Shown here one piece after another: positions 34,351-49,593 of a DNA stretch of 63,625 nt. The DNA lies in contig NW_021832129.1 in assembly GCF_006345805.1 (NCBI RefSeq), forward strand, positions 1 to 63,625. Direction: 5' to 3'. The position numbers were made by a program, and so were the translations under genes. Under the pieces are notes generated by a model. It was not told where the DNA came from. It worked only from the letters and a program-made list of their open reading frames with translations, and searched no databases. Each line of letters starts with the position of its first letter. Within the stretch, counting starts at the first letter, position 1. The DNA is from Octopus sinensis (taxonomy: Eukaryota).

Positions 34351-34460
34351 ACCGTATGTTTATATCGAATGGGAATGTAATAACTTGCTTGTAATTACCG
34401 GTAATAAAATAAAGTTATACAGGTAAGTGGAGGAATTAAAACAGTATTTTAGTGGTATAA

Positions 34461-34857
34461 GCGTAGGAGTGGCTGTGTGGTAAGTAGCTTGTTTACCAAC
34501 CACATGGTTCCGGGTTCAGTCCTCCTGCGTGGCACCTTGGGCAAGTGTCTTCTACTATAGCCTCGGGTCGACCAAAGCCTCGTGAGTGGATTTGGTAGAC
34601 GGAAACTGAAAGAAGCCCGTTGTATATATGTATATATATGTGTGTGTATATGATTGTGTGTCTGTGTTTGTCCCCCCAACATCGCTTGACAACCGATGCT
34701 GGTATGTTAACGTCGCCGTAACTTAGCGGTTCAGCAAAAGAGACCGATAGAAAAAGTATTAGGCTTACAAAGAATAAGTACTGGGGTCGATTTGCCCGAC
34801 TAAGGGCAGTGCTCCAGCATGGCCACAGTCAAATGACTGAAACAAGTAAAAGAGTAA
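34461..34857 (+). mobile_element. tRNA-derived SINE family 2 (CORE-like segment)
   Basis: gtggctgtgtggtaag (A-box-like), gggttcagtcc (B-box-like), ccttgggcaagtg, internal (TA/TG)n, tail gctccagcatggccacagtc...gaaacaagtaaaagag. Confidence 0.8.
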
Positions 34858-35664
34858 TTTATTTTACCAAAGTAAAGCCCAGGCTAGGGTGCGTCCAAGG
34901 CACTCGTGCGTCTTAGAGGCTATCAAATGCGGCCATTTCAGCTTTATTTCAATTTCTATCCTATCTAGACAAGTCTTGTTGCTTCACTTGACCACTCGAA
35001 CCAAGCATCCACTACTTGCCTCATCTCTCTGCCTCTTGGCATCAATTTCATTCATAGAAACGGCAAAACGTGAACCACGAATCATTTCTTTCTTTCTTTA
35101 CCATTTCGGGTCTTTATTTATATTTCTTTACTGTCTCTCAAGCCCCTTTGATTTCTAGTCTATTCGAGTGGACCCTTATAGCCATTCGGTGTCTAAAAGT
35201 CCCTATCATATTTTACGATTAAATCCTTAAATCCTTAAAAATGTTTCAGCCCGAAGGCTGCGGCCATGCTGGGGCACCACCGTTGACTTTGCTACACTAG
35301 TATGTGAATCCACCTCTGATACGTGACACTTGGTCGACAAGGGAGTTCGACGCCGCTGCCCGCTGTGTTTCCTGCCGTGAGGTAAGTTCATCTGGAATCC
35401 CTGACAAGAAGAGATCGAGTTTAGTTTTAAAGAAACCCACATAAATATTATAAGGGATTGTATTTTTAAAAAGAACGCTTAAATATTTTTGTGTATCGTA
35501 GAAGTTTAACCAGTTTATTGCACATAAATCTTCACAGCAAAATCTTTCGGGGACCCTCGACGGTTATATGGACCTTGGCTGAGAACTTAAAATACCTCAT
35601 GTTTTCACGTTAACCGTTTACCGTAGTTGCTGTTGGTGTCGTCGTCATTGTCGTCGCCAACGTC

Positions 35665-36045
35665 GCCGCCGCCGTCATCACCGGCCCCGTCATCACCACC
35701 GCCGTCATCACCGTCGCCGTCATCACCGCCGCCATCATCGCAACCGCCATCATCACCACCGCCGTCGTCATCACCATGGCCGTCATCACCGCCGCCGTCA
35801 TCACCACCGCCGTCATCACCACCGCCGTTATCACCACCGCCGTCATCACCACCGCCGACATCACCACTGCGGTCATCACCGCCGCCGTCATCACCACCGC
35901 CGTCATCACCGCCGCCGTCATCACCACCGCCGTCATCACCACCGCCGTCATCACCACCGCCGTCATCACCAACGCGGTCATCACCACCGCCGTCATCACC
36001 ACCGCCGTCATCACCACCGGCGTCATCGCAACCGCCGCCGCCGCC
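35665..36045. repeat. GC-rich 15 bp minisatellite (gccgtcatcaccacc)n
   Basis: Direct inspection. It generates the SSPPP/TTAVI repeat ORFs. Confidence 0.9.
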
Positions 36046-36938
36046 GTTGTTGTAGCAGTAGTTATTATTTACGTGATATTTTCCATTGCCTTCGATTGTC
36101 AGTGCTTTATTCTAGTTGTTGTTGTTGTTGCTGCTGCTGCTGCAGTTGCTGCGTTTGTTATTGTTTGACGTTGTCATCATCGTCAGCCTAGAACCGACGC
36201 CGACGCTGGCATTGATTTCGTCTTCATCATCACATCATCAACCATAATTATTTTCTTCCTCGTCATCACTGTCCCGACCGCCGCCGCCGCCGCAAACTTT
36301 GTCGTCAACAGCCTCCTCTACTTCCTCCTCCTCCTCCACCTATTCCCCCTTAGCCTCCTCCCCCCCAATCATCATCATCATCATCATCATCAAATCGTAC
36401 TTATTCTTATACCCATCATTATTGTGAGATTTACTATAATTCCTTTTTGTTATTATTGTTCATTTTCTTGTTATTGTTGTTGTTTTTATTATTGTTGTTT
36501 TTATTATTGTTGTTTTATTATTGTTGTTGCTATTATTATTATTATTATTATATTATTATTATTATTATATTATTATTCGCATGCAGTAATGTAGAATTGC
36601 CTTCATTATAAGGCATTTTCCTTCCTCTTTTCCCTTCTTCATCTTTTTCCTTTCATTTATCTCTTCTTTCCTTTTCGTTTTCTTTCCGTTATCCACCACC
36701 ACCCACCATCTCTTCTAACTCTTGTCATCACGGCAAATTTAAGAGGACAAAAAAGGACAAAAAAGGCGACTTTCATAAACAAACAGGAAATTAAGAGGTG
36801 TCGGGCATTCACTCGCGCGAAAGTGTCTCTCGCACGACACGTTTAGCCCGCTGGTTAGCCTCCCTCTCTGCAGCCGACATTTTTGGCATGATTCGGCCCT
36901 ATTCATACTGACAAACATCAATAATAATAATAACAATG

Positions 36939-36986
<48 letters not shown>

Positions 36987-38119
36987 CTGGTGATGATGGT
37001 GGTGATGATGATGATCCTGATAACAATAATATTGACAATGGTTCGATGGTTACGTCGCAAGGAATGTACAACGGTTAGACCTGTTATGATTCGTAATGTT
37101 GCTGTGATGATTTTAAGAAAGAGATGTAATGATGCTACTTGTTTCGATCTTACAAAGGACAATGGTGGCGTCGGCAGCGGCGGTGGTGGTGGTGGTGGTT
37201 GTGGTAATAGGTGGGGGGGGCCAGTAGTGATGGAGGGTCAAATGTTGGTTAGTAGTGGCAGGTGAGGCAGAGAAACGTGTTTTGCCGAACTGTGTGCTGC
37301 CCAATGTTTATTTATCTATTCATTTATTTATTTCTTCTGAGAAAGCCGAAAGCAAAGAACAGCGGCCGTCGTCATATTCTTGGGCAGTTCACGGCGATTA
37401 CGACACGAATGGAACTTGGAAGAGTGAGAATGGCAGAATATCGCAGAATGAAGAAAAGCAAATAAAGGAAACGTGGGAGAAGAGAAAGAGTTCTTGGAGG
37501 GGAGAGGAGAGGGTTGTGAATAAAAGATGATGAAGTCAATAGACAAATACAAGAAGTTAGATATCAACATAAACGTATATACATACGATAAAATATATAT
37601 AGATAATAATATAAAAATGTATATATAAACGACATAATTGTTTGTTAGATAAGAGGTGTGTGTGTGTGTGTGTTGGTGGACAATGGTTGTTTCATATGAT
37701 TGAGGCGGTCAATTATAGCCTGTCCTGCCTCTCTCTGACCTTTTCCACTGACCTTTAGCTTCATCACACATTATAGACCCTAATCAAGAGAATAATCACT
37801 CGAGAGACACCCCCACCATTCCACCACCATCACCAGCGCCGCCGCCGCCACGCAGGCAGACGGGGGCCAAACATGCAAGATAGACGGAACTGGTTCGGTC
37901 TTTGATCGAGACATTGTTCAAGCAGGGAGACATGATTGAACTAAATCTATTATTAATGCGATGTTTACGAAGACTTTTGGATAATCCGAAGAACGTGGAA
38001 CCACAGCAAAAGAAAAAAAAGTAATAACATTTTGCAGATCTTGGTAATGAATTTAACAGACTGGGATGTGTGTATATGTAATACATACATACACACACAC
38101 TCACACACACACACACACA

Positions 38120-38160
<41 letters not shown>

Positions 38161-38340
38161 ATATATATATATTTATACATGCACACACACACACACCCAC
38201 ATATACACGCATATACATACACGCACTTACAGAAAATATGTTTGTGTATATGTATATGTAGATATACATAAAACGGATATATATATATATATATATCTAT
38301 ATATATATATATATAAAATATATAATATATATATATATAT

Positions 38341-38380
<40 letters not shown>

Positions 38381-38438
38381 AAATATATAATAAATTTTAT
38401 AAAATCACATAATACAGAATATATGCGCCCCCCATATT

Positions 38439-38499
<61 letters not shown>

Positions 38500-40735
38500 C
38501 CCATATATACATACATCTATACATTCATACATACACGATCGCGATCTCACATAAATATATTAAAAACACGGCTTTCCTCTGGTTTAATCTTGTTATCAAA
38601 GACCATTTTTTAAAAAAATATTTTGGTATTGATCTTTTGTATATAGAGTGGAAGAATATCGTTGCTAAATCCACCACTCTATTAACACTTCAAGATCTCC
38701 CGATCTCACCACCAGAATGAAATAATACCAATAATGGAATATTGTTTGCGAGCTTCGCAGTAGGTCACAAAGGATCATGGAAAGAGCGTTGCAAACAGAT
38801 CCAATCGTCAACGCCGGATATGAATTTCTTTTACATATAAATGCTGCTAGATTTCATTGTTTACTTTACACGTGACATGTCTGTGAGTTGAATTTTGGTC
38901 CGTATTTAACTATTCGTGATTATTTATAGTTTGGTTTGTTATTTTTTTTTTATTCTGTGGAAACTATAATTTTTTGTGAAACTAGTTTTATTTCATGTAA
39001 TTGAATTTCATCTTCTGTATTATAATGTATTGAAGCTGATCCTTGTTGTGAATGATCGGTGTACCAACGAGAGATTGTGTTGTACTTGTCTCTTCTGTGT
39101 GACAGTTCCAGTCACGAAGTTTGCAACTTTTATATTTACATAGAAATTCGTGTTGACTTAGAAACGTTCTGTGGCTTGTTGGCTTGTGATTTTATAACAA
39201 CAACAGCAGCAGCAACAACAACAACAACAAAAATTGTTTCTCTATCTAATAATTGTTTCCTAATTTAAGAATAAGGACTGCAGTTTGCAGGAGATGGGGC
39301 TAAACGATTCCATCGCTCTCAGGTTTTATTTTAATGATCCCAGAGCGTTAAACGGTCATGGTAACTTCATCTGGATTAGAACTCAGGATACAGAAGAACC
39401 GGAAGAAGTACTGCTCGGCATTTTTTTCCACTCTCAACAGATTCCACTAATCCAGCTTCCTCATAGATTCCCGAACCATTTTACTGTGTGACTGGAGCCA
39501 GTGCCTGATTTCAATGTGTCTATAGCACAGTGATTTGTGACGGGTGTGTAAATGAACACGACTGCAAACCCAGTGGAGCTTGAAGTGCGTAAGAAAGGCT
39601 TCTTTGTTTGAAGAAATAGTCGTAAAAATTGTTTTGAAGAAAGTTCATAGAAGAAAATTTAAAACATGAGAAAATCATTGAATTTTGAAGATTTTTCAAA
39701 GAGAAACAAAAAAAAAAAGTTTCTATATAATCGACCATCGACTATAACTTTGACACATACACGTACACACACGCATATATACACACAACCACACGCATAC
39801 AATGTGCCGTATATATAACTAATACACAGTATAGCAAAGATGAAATACAGAGATGGTTAGATAAACACTGACATAGATAGGAATGTGTGTGTGCGTGTGT
39901 GCGTGTGTGTGCGTGCGTTTGTGCGTGTGTGTGCATCTGTGTGTCTGTCTGTCTGTCTGTGGGTGTGCGTGTGTTAATACACCATACATGTACAGTATAT
40001 ATAAATATATAAATGCATATAATATATGCCTGTGTGTGTGTGTATATATATTTATATTATTTGTAATATATGTATATATATATATATATATATGTAGTAT
40101 ATGATATACATATATTATTTGTAATATATATATATATGTATATGTATATATATATATAAATATATATATATATACATGTGTGTATTTAGTGACTATAAGT
40201 ATATATGATATAATATAGATATGTATGTATATGTATGTATGTATAAATGACAGATGTGGTGGTGTAGGGGAGAGACAATAGGCAAAGACACAAAGAAAGG
40301 GAGTGACGGGGTAGGGAGAGTGTGAGAGAAAAACAAAAAATAAAAATGTGGAGGGAGTAGAATATACCAATGAAAACGAGATGGTGCTCTGATATACAGA
40401 CATACATTCAGAAATATATATATATATATATATATACATGTTAGTGTGTGTGTGTGTGTATGAAAGGGAATTTCCTTTATTCTAAGTAACTCAGTGAGAG
40501 TACTGTATTTTATACGAAATAAACACCAAAAGAAGAAAAGAAGAAAAAATGGTGCGGATTTCTGTATTTGAGATATGAAGGAAAGATTATCTGTTCGTTA
40601 GAGATTTGATTTCCTAAAAGAAGTCTGCTACAAAAGCAGAATAAAAATATGGCAACGATAAAATAATATGTCATCTAGAATGTGTTAGAAAATTCCTTGA
40701 TAAAAGAAAAATAGGATATACATATACATATATAT

Positions 40736-40786
<51 letters not shown>

Positions 40787-40798
40787 GTGGTGGTGTAT

Positions 40799-40835
<37 letters not shown>

Positions 40836-42515
40836 ACACATACATATTTTTTCTTTCTTATATGAAAAACAGGCGGAAGTTTTCGGCGTCATTTTGTTTT
40901 TATTATTAATTTTAAGGGGGTGTGGTTGATATGTTCCCGATTTTCTGAAAAATAATGTGTAATGGTGAACATACCAGGAGAAAACTTCTACAAAAATTCC
41001 AGTTTTATAACGCAGTTTGCGACCGTGTATGTATGTATGTATGTACGTATGTATGTATGTATGTATGTGTGTATTCATGTATGCATGTATGTATGTATGC
41101 ATGCATGCATGCATGTATGTATGTATGTATGTGTGTGTGTATGTATGTATGTATGTATGTATGTATGTATGTATGCATGTATGTATGCATGCATGTATGT
41201 ATGCATGTATGTATGCATGTATGTATGTCGTTTCAAACGCAGTGTGTCTTGAATCTGACGATATTATCAAACGAATATTATAAATGGCCATCTATAGTTA
41301 TGGTTATAAAAAGTACAGTTCTTATGTAGAACATTTTCGCGATAGATTATGGAGGAGAAGAAGATGGAGAGAATCAAGAAAATATTAGTAACTCATATAT
41401 ATATATATATATATAGATATATATTATATATATATTATACATACATGATAAAATATCATTAACCCTGTATATATAAAACCCCTCTTTCTTTTACACACAG
41501 ACACTCACATACACATATCGCTCATCCAATCATATGACAAAATATCTAAGACGTCACTCAAGTATATCCAGCAAAAGCTCACAAATCTTTATTTTACCAA
41601 AGTGCTGGCACCTCTGACTATCTTAATTCTCTCTTCTGATCAGTTCCTCTGCTTCTGTCTTAGACGCTATGGTATTTCCCTTCATGAAACAGCACTGCTT
41701 CAATCTTTCAATCTCCTATACATCTGGCTTGATGTAAAAAGTCTTTTAGAAGTCTCTTGAAAATGTTCTTGCATTCTTTGTACTGCCCGCCGATCATGTA
41801 TTTTCGCTGCCATTTCATTTTAGAAAATACGTTTTGAAATTTATTCTTCATCCATTCTGGTAATGTGATCAGACTGAGAAAAATAGATATTAGGCAATGA
41901 TGGTGCGATTGAGAACTTCCATGTCTGAGACATTTTCTTGCCAACAAATGTCCAGCAAGTTACTCAAACAGTTCAGGTAACAATCTATCGAGTTTTCGAT
42001 GTGTCCCTCTACTTTTCACTGGCAATCAGCCGGACCAATGACTCGGGAGGTTCTCAACTTAGTTTAGAAGATGTGGTCCTTCATCCACAGACATTATAGC
42101 AAAGTCTAACGAAGATAATGCTGATTTTGGTAATTCTGCTCTTTATCGATGAGACGAATTCTTCAAAGAACAATGCCAAGCTATGTAAACATGTCTATGA
42201 ACTGATGATGTTCGACAGTGAATGCGATTAGCGAAATGGTAAACAATGAATAGGTTTAGTTCTCTATGGCTGGTTGAATGGTTGTGTGCTGCGGAAGGAG
42301 ACTATTGGAACAGAACAAATTCTTCGTCAAATATGTGTTATTGTCATTTAAAATGTTTGTCGTGAAAAGAAACAAGGGATTCATTAGGTTGGTCGGTTTA
42401 GGAGAGCAGGTAGTGGGTTGACGGCTACATTAAGAGATATACGTTTTAAAGATTTCTGGTTACCATTATGTATGCATGCATGTGTATGTATGTATGTATT
42501 CATATGCCCACGGGC

Positions 42516-42617
<102 letters not shown>

Positions 42618-42835
42618 TATTAATGATAATAATAATAATGATAATAACATCAGCAAAAAGTACCTAAGGGGTGAGAATCCGAGGTTGGGTTCAAAATTCT
42701 CCCAGGATACCTGATGAAGGCTGGAGAGTAAGTCAGCCGAAACGTGATAATAACAAAGACGTTGACACAAATCCGTCCAATGTAAATAATGTACAGAATT
42801 CTTCATCTCTAAAATATAGAACAGTATACCTTTTT

Positions 42836-43105
42836 GGCGCAGGAATGGCTGTGTGGTAAGAAGCTTGCTTACCAACCACATGGTTCCGGGTTCAGTCCCT
42901 CTGCATGGCACCTTGGCCAAGTGTCTTCTACTATAACCTCGACTAAAGCCTTGTGAGTGGATTTGGTAAGCGGAAACTGAAAGAAGCCCCTCGTATATTT
43001 ATATATATATATATAATTAGGAAGGTGAATGAATTATCCTGGTATGGATAATTCGGTTAACCGATACCTGGGTAGCAAATTCACGTCAGAAAACACGGTT
43101 GAAGC

Positions 43106-43136
<31 letters not shown>

Positions 43137-43392
43137 TATGTATGTATATATATATATGTATATGCGTATGTGTGTGTCTGTGTGTGTGTTTGTGTGTCTG
43201 TGTTTGTTCTCACCACCATCGCTTGACAACCGATGATGGTGTGTTTACGTCCCCGTAACATAGCGATTCGACAAAAGTAACCGATAGAATACGTAATAGG
43301 CTTACAAAGAATAAGTCCTGGGGCCGATTTGCTCGACTGAAGGCGGTGCTCCAGCATGGCCGCAGTCAATTGACTGAAACAAATAAAAGAAT
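42836..43392 (+). mobile_element. SINE family 2 with ~90 bp insertion in its internal (TA)n
   Basis: Colinear with 34461-34857. Insert at ~43018-43105. Confidence 0.8.
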
Positions 43393-43571
43393 ATATGTAT
43401 GCATGTGTATGTGTTTATGTGTATATGGGTGCATGCGTGTGTGGTTGTATACGCATGTATTACCTATGTGTGCATATTCATGTACGTGTATGTATATGTA
43501 TTAATATACATTATGCATGTGCGTATGTTAGTTCATGTATGTATATGTATGTATATATGAATGACTGTATG

Positions 43572-43611
<40 letters not shown>

Positions 43612-45260
43612 AGCATGTATATATGTATGCATGAATGTTTGAAGAATGCGTATATCTTTTGCTGAAGTATATCGACGAATTAGGAAAAAATAGTTTATGA
43701 ATGTAAACCATTGAAATACTTGTTCAACACCGACTTGCAAATACTCCCTTGTTTTTTATTTGTGGAAAGATGATAAACCAGTAATTGTCCTTCTCGACCG
43801 GTTGAAACTGTCTAAGCGAAAACACCCTTCTTCAACTGTGAAATGAAAAATTAACAAATATAAAACAAATAAATAAATTCTGTCAGTATCAGTTTTTCCT
43901 CTACATGTTTTTCTAGTATATCGATCAATGGTTCGATTCACTTCCTGTCATCCTTTACTTATATAAACCTGTCGTCTTTTGTCGATATAAACAATTAAAC
44001 ATGTGGAGAACTGATGAATAAATATCAGATAATAAATCAACGGTAATTAAGACCGCAAATAATTAAAGGCCTTTAAACACTAATATGTAATTATATTGCA
44101 GTAAATCCAAGTGGAACTGACTTCTATGTCTATACAGAATCAGTTAAAACGATCTTTAAGAGCAATATATCTAGCACGAAAGCATAAATTTTACATATGG
44201 TTCCTATATTATGATCAACAGCTGTTTCATTAAGATAAACACACTAAACCTATAATTACATTATTGTAATATATAAAATAAATTAATTGAAGTTGAATCT
44301 ATATAATTTTAATTAATTATGTATCGCAATTACCTAAGTAGATATTTGGAAGTGTTTATCGTAAGAAAACAGTTGTTGACCATAAATTAAGTATAAACTA
44401 TACGTGAAATTTTATGCTTTTCTGTTTTTATGCTATATATATATAAATAAATTATCACAATTTCTATCAAAACTGTGCTGGACTGACCTTATCGGCGCGT
44501 CGACAAAAAATTAACTTTTCATATTTACTTGTCTCTAAAGTTTACAAGTCTAAGTTTAAGAATCCCGACCTCCTACAACAAATGTTTCCATTCTTGGGAT
44601 CGATAAAAATATAGTACCAGTCATATACGGAGACTATTACCTTGCAAACAAATTTCTGACTTTGAGCTAATATTCCAAACCATTGTAATTATCTTCAGCG
44701 TCTTAACCTAGCCTTTTAGAAATAGGAGATTAATTACCCTCAAATCACACCCTACTGTCTTCAGAGAGGAGGAGGACATTTTAGATGATGTGAAAGGCGA
44801 TGGATGATCACTTCTTGAATGCGTTTTAACAGTGGTCAGCTCGATCCAGGTTGACCAGAGGCTAATCAACAACAACAACAACTGTTATTAGTTTTCACTC
44901 AGTCGTTCTTATATTCGACGCTGTGTGGTCCCATGGTGAGTGCAGCTCACGTATTCCTTTTGATTTCTGATTGCCGGTTCTTCTCTTTGATGGTCGGACA
45001 TCCCTATATTGGTGCGTGTCTCCAGTTCGCGCAGCCATTATCTGGGAGACTACAAATTGATGCAAACACTCTGGTCACGAATCGAACCCCTGGAGAGAGC
45101 TGAAGCCTGCGATCTGTTTACTATGAAATATCGGTCATGGCAATATTTCTAAAGACTTGGAGAAAAACACGATGAGCATCACAGAATCTCATTTCCACCA
45201 AAACTTTTGAAACTCACACGGTGTGTCTCTATAATAAAGCACTAAGAGCAACCTCTGCTG

Positions 45261-45359
<99 letters not shown>

Positions 45360-45380
45360 ATGATGATAATAATAATAATC

Positions 45381-45952
45381 GTTTCTACTGAAGGCACACC
45401 GCCTGAAATTTGTGGGGAGGAGACTAGTCGATTACGTCAACCCCAGTGTTTCCCTGGTACTTAATTTATCGACCCCGAAAGGATGAAATGCAAAGTCGAC
45501 ATCAGCAGAATTTGAACTCGGAATATGAAGACGGACGAAATGCTGCTAAACAATGCTGTGCACAAACACACACACACATACATACACGCACACACATACA
45601 CAAAACGCGCACACAAGCACACACACACACACATACACATACACAAAAACGCGCACACAAGCACACACACACACACACACACAAACATACACACGTATGT
45701 CTATATCGAGGAGAAACATCGATTCTTGGTTTTATGATACAGGTTTCAAATTTTGGCACAAGGCCAGCAATTTCGAAGGGATGGGGGAGGGGTCAAATCG
45801 ATTAAACCGATCTCGGTACTCAAATGGTATTTATTTTACCGACCCCGACGAAAGTCGATCCTGGCGGAATTTGAACTCAGACGGTATAGACGAACGAAAT
45901 ACCGCAAAGCGTTTAGCTCGGCACAGTGAACGATTCTGTTAGTTTGCCACCT
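45381..45952 (-). mobile_element. Two minus-strand SINE family 1 copies (~45381-45558, ~45740-45952)
   Basis: ggtacttaatttatcgaccccgaaaggatgaa...gtcgac...aatttgaactc in both. Confidence 0.75.
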
Positions 45953-46169
45953 TCTTGGGCTCTGATATTGATTTCTCAACAATGGCAACGAATTTTTGTT
46001 AGAGAACATATAGTATTACTGTTACAGCACTATCATCATCATCATCATCAGCAGCAGCAGCATCAACTACATCAACGTCGACAACGAAAACATCAATAGT
46101 AAGGATAACTTTAACAATAACAAAACGAAAACAATAGATAGCTGTAGTAATAAAACAATAGCAACAGCA

Positions 46170-46465
46170 AGAAGAAGAAGAAGAAGAAGAAGAAAAAGAA
46201 GAAGGGGAAGAAGAAGAAGAAGAAGAAGAAGAAGAAGAAGAAGAAGAAGAAGAAGAAAAAGAAGGGGAAGAAGGGAAGAAGAAGAAGAAGAAGAAGAATA
46301 AAAGAAGAAAAAGGAAGAAGAAGAAGAATAGGAAGAAGAAGGGGAAGAAGAAGAAGTAGAAGAAGAAGAAGTAGAAGAAAAAGAAGAAGAAGAAGAAGAA
46401 GAAGGAGAAGAAGAAGAAGAAGAAGAACAGCAACAGCAACAACAACAACAACAACAACAACAGCA
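46170..46465. repeat. (GAA)n purine tract followed by (CAA/CAG)n
   Basis: Direct inspection. Confidence 0.95.
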
Positions 46466-47574
46466 ACATTGGAAATAGAATATTAGAAAGAAAAGTAATA
46501 AGATTTAGTGATATTTTGTTGAGGCAAATTATAAAATGGAATTGTTAAAAGCACTAAAGATAAATCAAGTAGGTTAATTAATTAGAACAATCAGTGTTCA
46601 ATAAATATATCCGCATGGGTTAAAAAAATGGAAATTTAGGAAATGGATCTCCATCGTTTTCGACGATGAGTATTCAAGTTACTCAAGCAACACAACCAGA
46701 TCCTCATTGAATTTGTGTATAACTGACCGAGTATTCCATAGAGACGAATACTTTTAATGAAATTCTGGGGCACAATCAATGTGACACAGTGAGAGCGGCA
46801 TGGCTTGCCTATTGAATTACTGGTACAAGTTTCTTTGTAGTCTCCATCTACATAATTCCTCTGACAAGGTATACCATTAGCCAGAGATGTCTCCGACTAG
46901 TATCGAAACAGTGAACTTAAAAGTCACACGCACATGCACGCGGACAGTTTGACGAAGGCGAGCAAGCTAAAATTTCGAAGTCACTGTCAGTCTTTACCGT
47001 GTAAAATCTTTATAAATATGTAATTGCCTTTATTTGTAACTTGGCATGAGGACAAGCAATAATCTTCGGATGGAATTTATAAACATTTTATGCATCACTA
47101 CGCGCGTTTCCACAAATCCCATGTCTCTGAAGACCACAGTCCGTATTCCTGGGATGATTACAGTGTCGTACGTAGTATCCGTGAGCATCGGGTTGATCAC
47201 CTTCATGGATTCATTTCTTCAGACGATAAAACATTGATGGATGTACAACAGACGGATGTGTATCTCTTTTGATCGGTGATCAAAGGAGACATGTAAGTCG
47301 TGGAAACGCGAGTAGCGTTTATGAATTGCATCCAAGGATTATTGTTATCATTGTTATATTTATCCTGCATTATATTCTCGGCACAGCTCGATGTAACCCC
47401 AAAAACCTGGTTAACCAGTCAGCCTCATTACATTGTGGCTGACATAATGGAATAGGGGCTTTATTCGCATAATCAAAACATTTCCCGTAAACAAATTTAA
47501 AAGATATATATATAGATACATATACACACACACACACACACACACATACACACACACACACACGCACGCACACG

Positions 47575-47622
<48 letters not shown>

Positions 47623-48281
47623 GATAGATATAGATATATAGATATACATATATATAATATATATATATACATGTATATATATATATACACGTATATATGT
47701 ATATATACATATGTATGTACTAATTTGTGTGTATGTGCGCGCTCGTGTGTGTATATATATATGTGTGTGATGGGTTGGCGGGTAGATTAGGTAAGAAGGT
47801 GGTTGGGGTGTTGAGGTGGACGGGTGAAAAAGAGCTTGGGTTGGAGGTGCAGATCTATCAGCTGAAAATCTAATGTATAATAAGTTAGTGACAGTTTGAC
47901 ACGAAGATGGTGGAACCAATGAAATCTATCTTATCTTAGTTCTTTGTTGCTGTTATCAGGAATCGAAAGAATGGTGATTAATCAGTTCAAGCTAAATAAA
48001 TAATAGCAGTGTATATATATATATATATTTTTTTTTTTGCATGATTTATACGAATATTGAGATCTCCCTTTTTAGTAGAAGAAATAGCTATAACTCTTTG
48101 ACTGCTATTTCTAAATTCGGTATGTGGTAAGGCAATTCGTTGCTAAACCCTTTATTGCTTAGTATATATATATATATATATATATTCGTATAAATCATGC
48201 AAATATTTACAAATACACAAACAATTATGTAAATATTATTAAACATACATAGCTATTTAAACAAATATGTGAATACACGAA

Positions 48282-48312
<31 letters not shown>

Positions 48313-48770
48313 ATGCATTTTTATGTGAGTGATTATGTAAACATTTAAATATATGTGTACATAAACAGCCCTGCAAATATAGAAATACTTTTAAATATAT
48401 AAACAAATGTATGTATGTATATATACATATATAGATAGATAGGTAGATAGATAGATACATAAATACATACATACATACATACATACATTCTTACATATAT
48501 ACAGACACACAGACAATCAGACAGGGGATCAAACAGATAAACAGACACATATACACATACTCACACACACACACATACGCACACACACACACTCATTCAC
48601 ACACACACACACACACACACATATAGAGACTCACTCATTCAAACACACTCTCACTCATTCAAACACACACATAGAGACTCACTCATTCTCATACATACAC
48701 TCTCATTCACACACACACGCACATACTCATTCACACACACGCACACACACACACACACACACACGCACAC

Positions 48771-48818
<48 letters not shown>

Positions 48819-49228
48819 CACACACACACACACACAGGGCTAGAGATCATAGATGAATAGAGACCAACAAGAAACGAAAACGAAGCCGCGTTTTCTTTCC
48901 TTTCGCAGTAACAATAATAAATTAAGTTGGAAATATTCAACATGAGTTAAAACTGTTTTATTGAGTTCTCATTAATTATACACGCACACCCCGCCGCCCC
49001 AACCCGTATGACATGCAAATGCACACACATGCAGATGTACATGCACATGCAACCATACATATGCAAACAAACACATTCACCTACACACTTCTACAACACA
49101 CACACACACACACATTTGAAATGTGCAAACGCGCATTATATGTGTGCGTGCGTGTCCATATTTGTGTGTGTGTGTATACTCATAAAAACACACTCATGCA
49201 CGCGCACAAACACATATATATATATAAT

Positions 49229-49543
49229 GAAGGCACATGGCTCAGTGGTAAGAGTGTCGGGCTCACAATCACGAGGTAGTGAGTTCGATTTCCGGACTTT
49301 ATTTCATGTTGTTCCAGTTCACTCAGCTGTAGAACTGAGTTTCGACGTCACTGGTGCCAAGCTGTATCGGCCCTTTTACCTTTCCCTTGGATAACGATCA
49401 ATGGCGTGGAGAGGGGAGGCTGGTATGCATGGGCAACTGCTGGTCTTCCATAAATAACCTTGCCTAGACTTGTGCCTCGGGAGGTATCTTTTAGGTGCAT
49501 TCCCATGGTCATTCATGACCGAAGGGGTATTTAACACTTTACC

Positions 49544-49545
<2 letters not shown>
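49229..49545 (+). mobile_element. tRNA-derived SINE family 3
   Basis: tggctcagtgg (A box), gagttcgatttcc (B box), ctggtgccaagctgtatcggcc core, tail catgaccgaagggg. Confidence 0.75.

Positions 49546-49593
<48 letters not shown>

Noticed and set aside
35610-36168. Extensin-like SSPPP or mucin-like TTAVI ORFs
   Set aside because: Products of a 15 bp minisatellite that is open in several frames on both strands, with no flanking exon evidence.
41540-42300. Degenerate coding-like sequence on the minus strand
   Set aside because: Multiple stops and no motif I can assign. Probably an old transposon remnant, left uncalled.
43018-43105. Hairpin gaattatcc/ggataattc in the SINE family 2 insert as a ribozyme
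   Set aside because: The stem is real but the flanking catalytic core nucleotides are absent.
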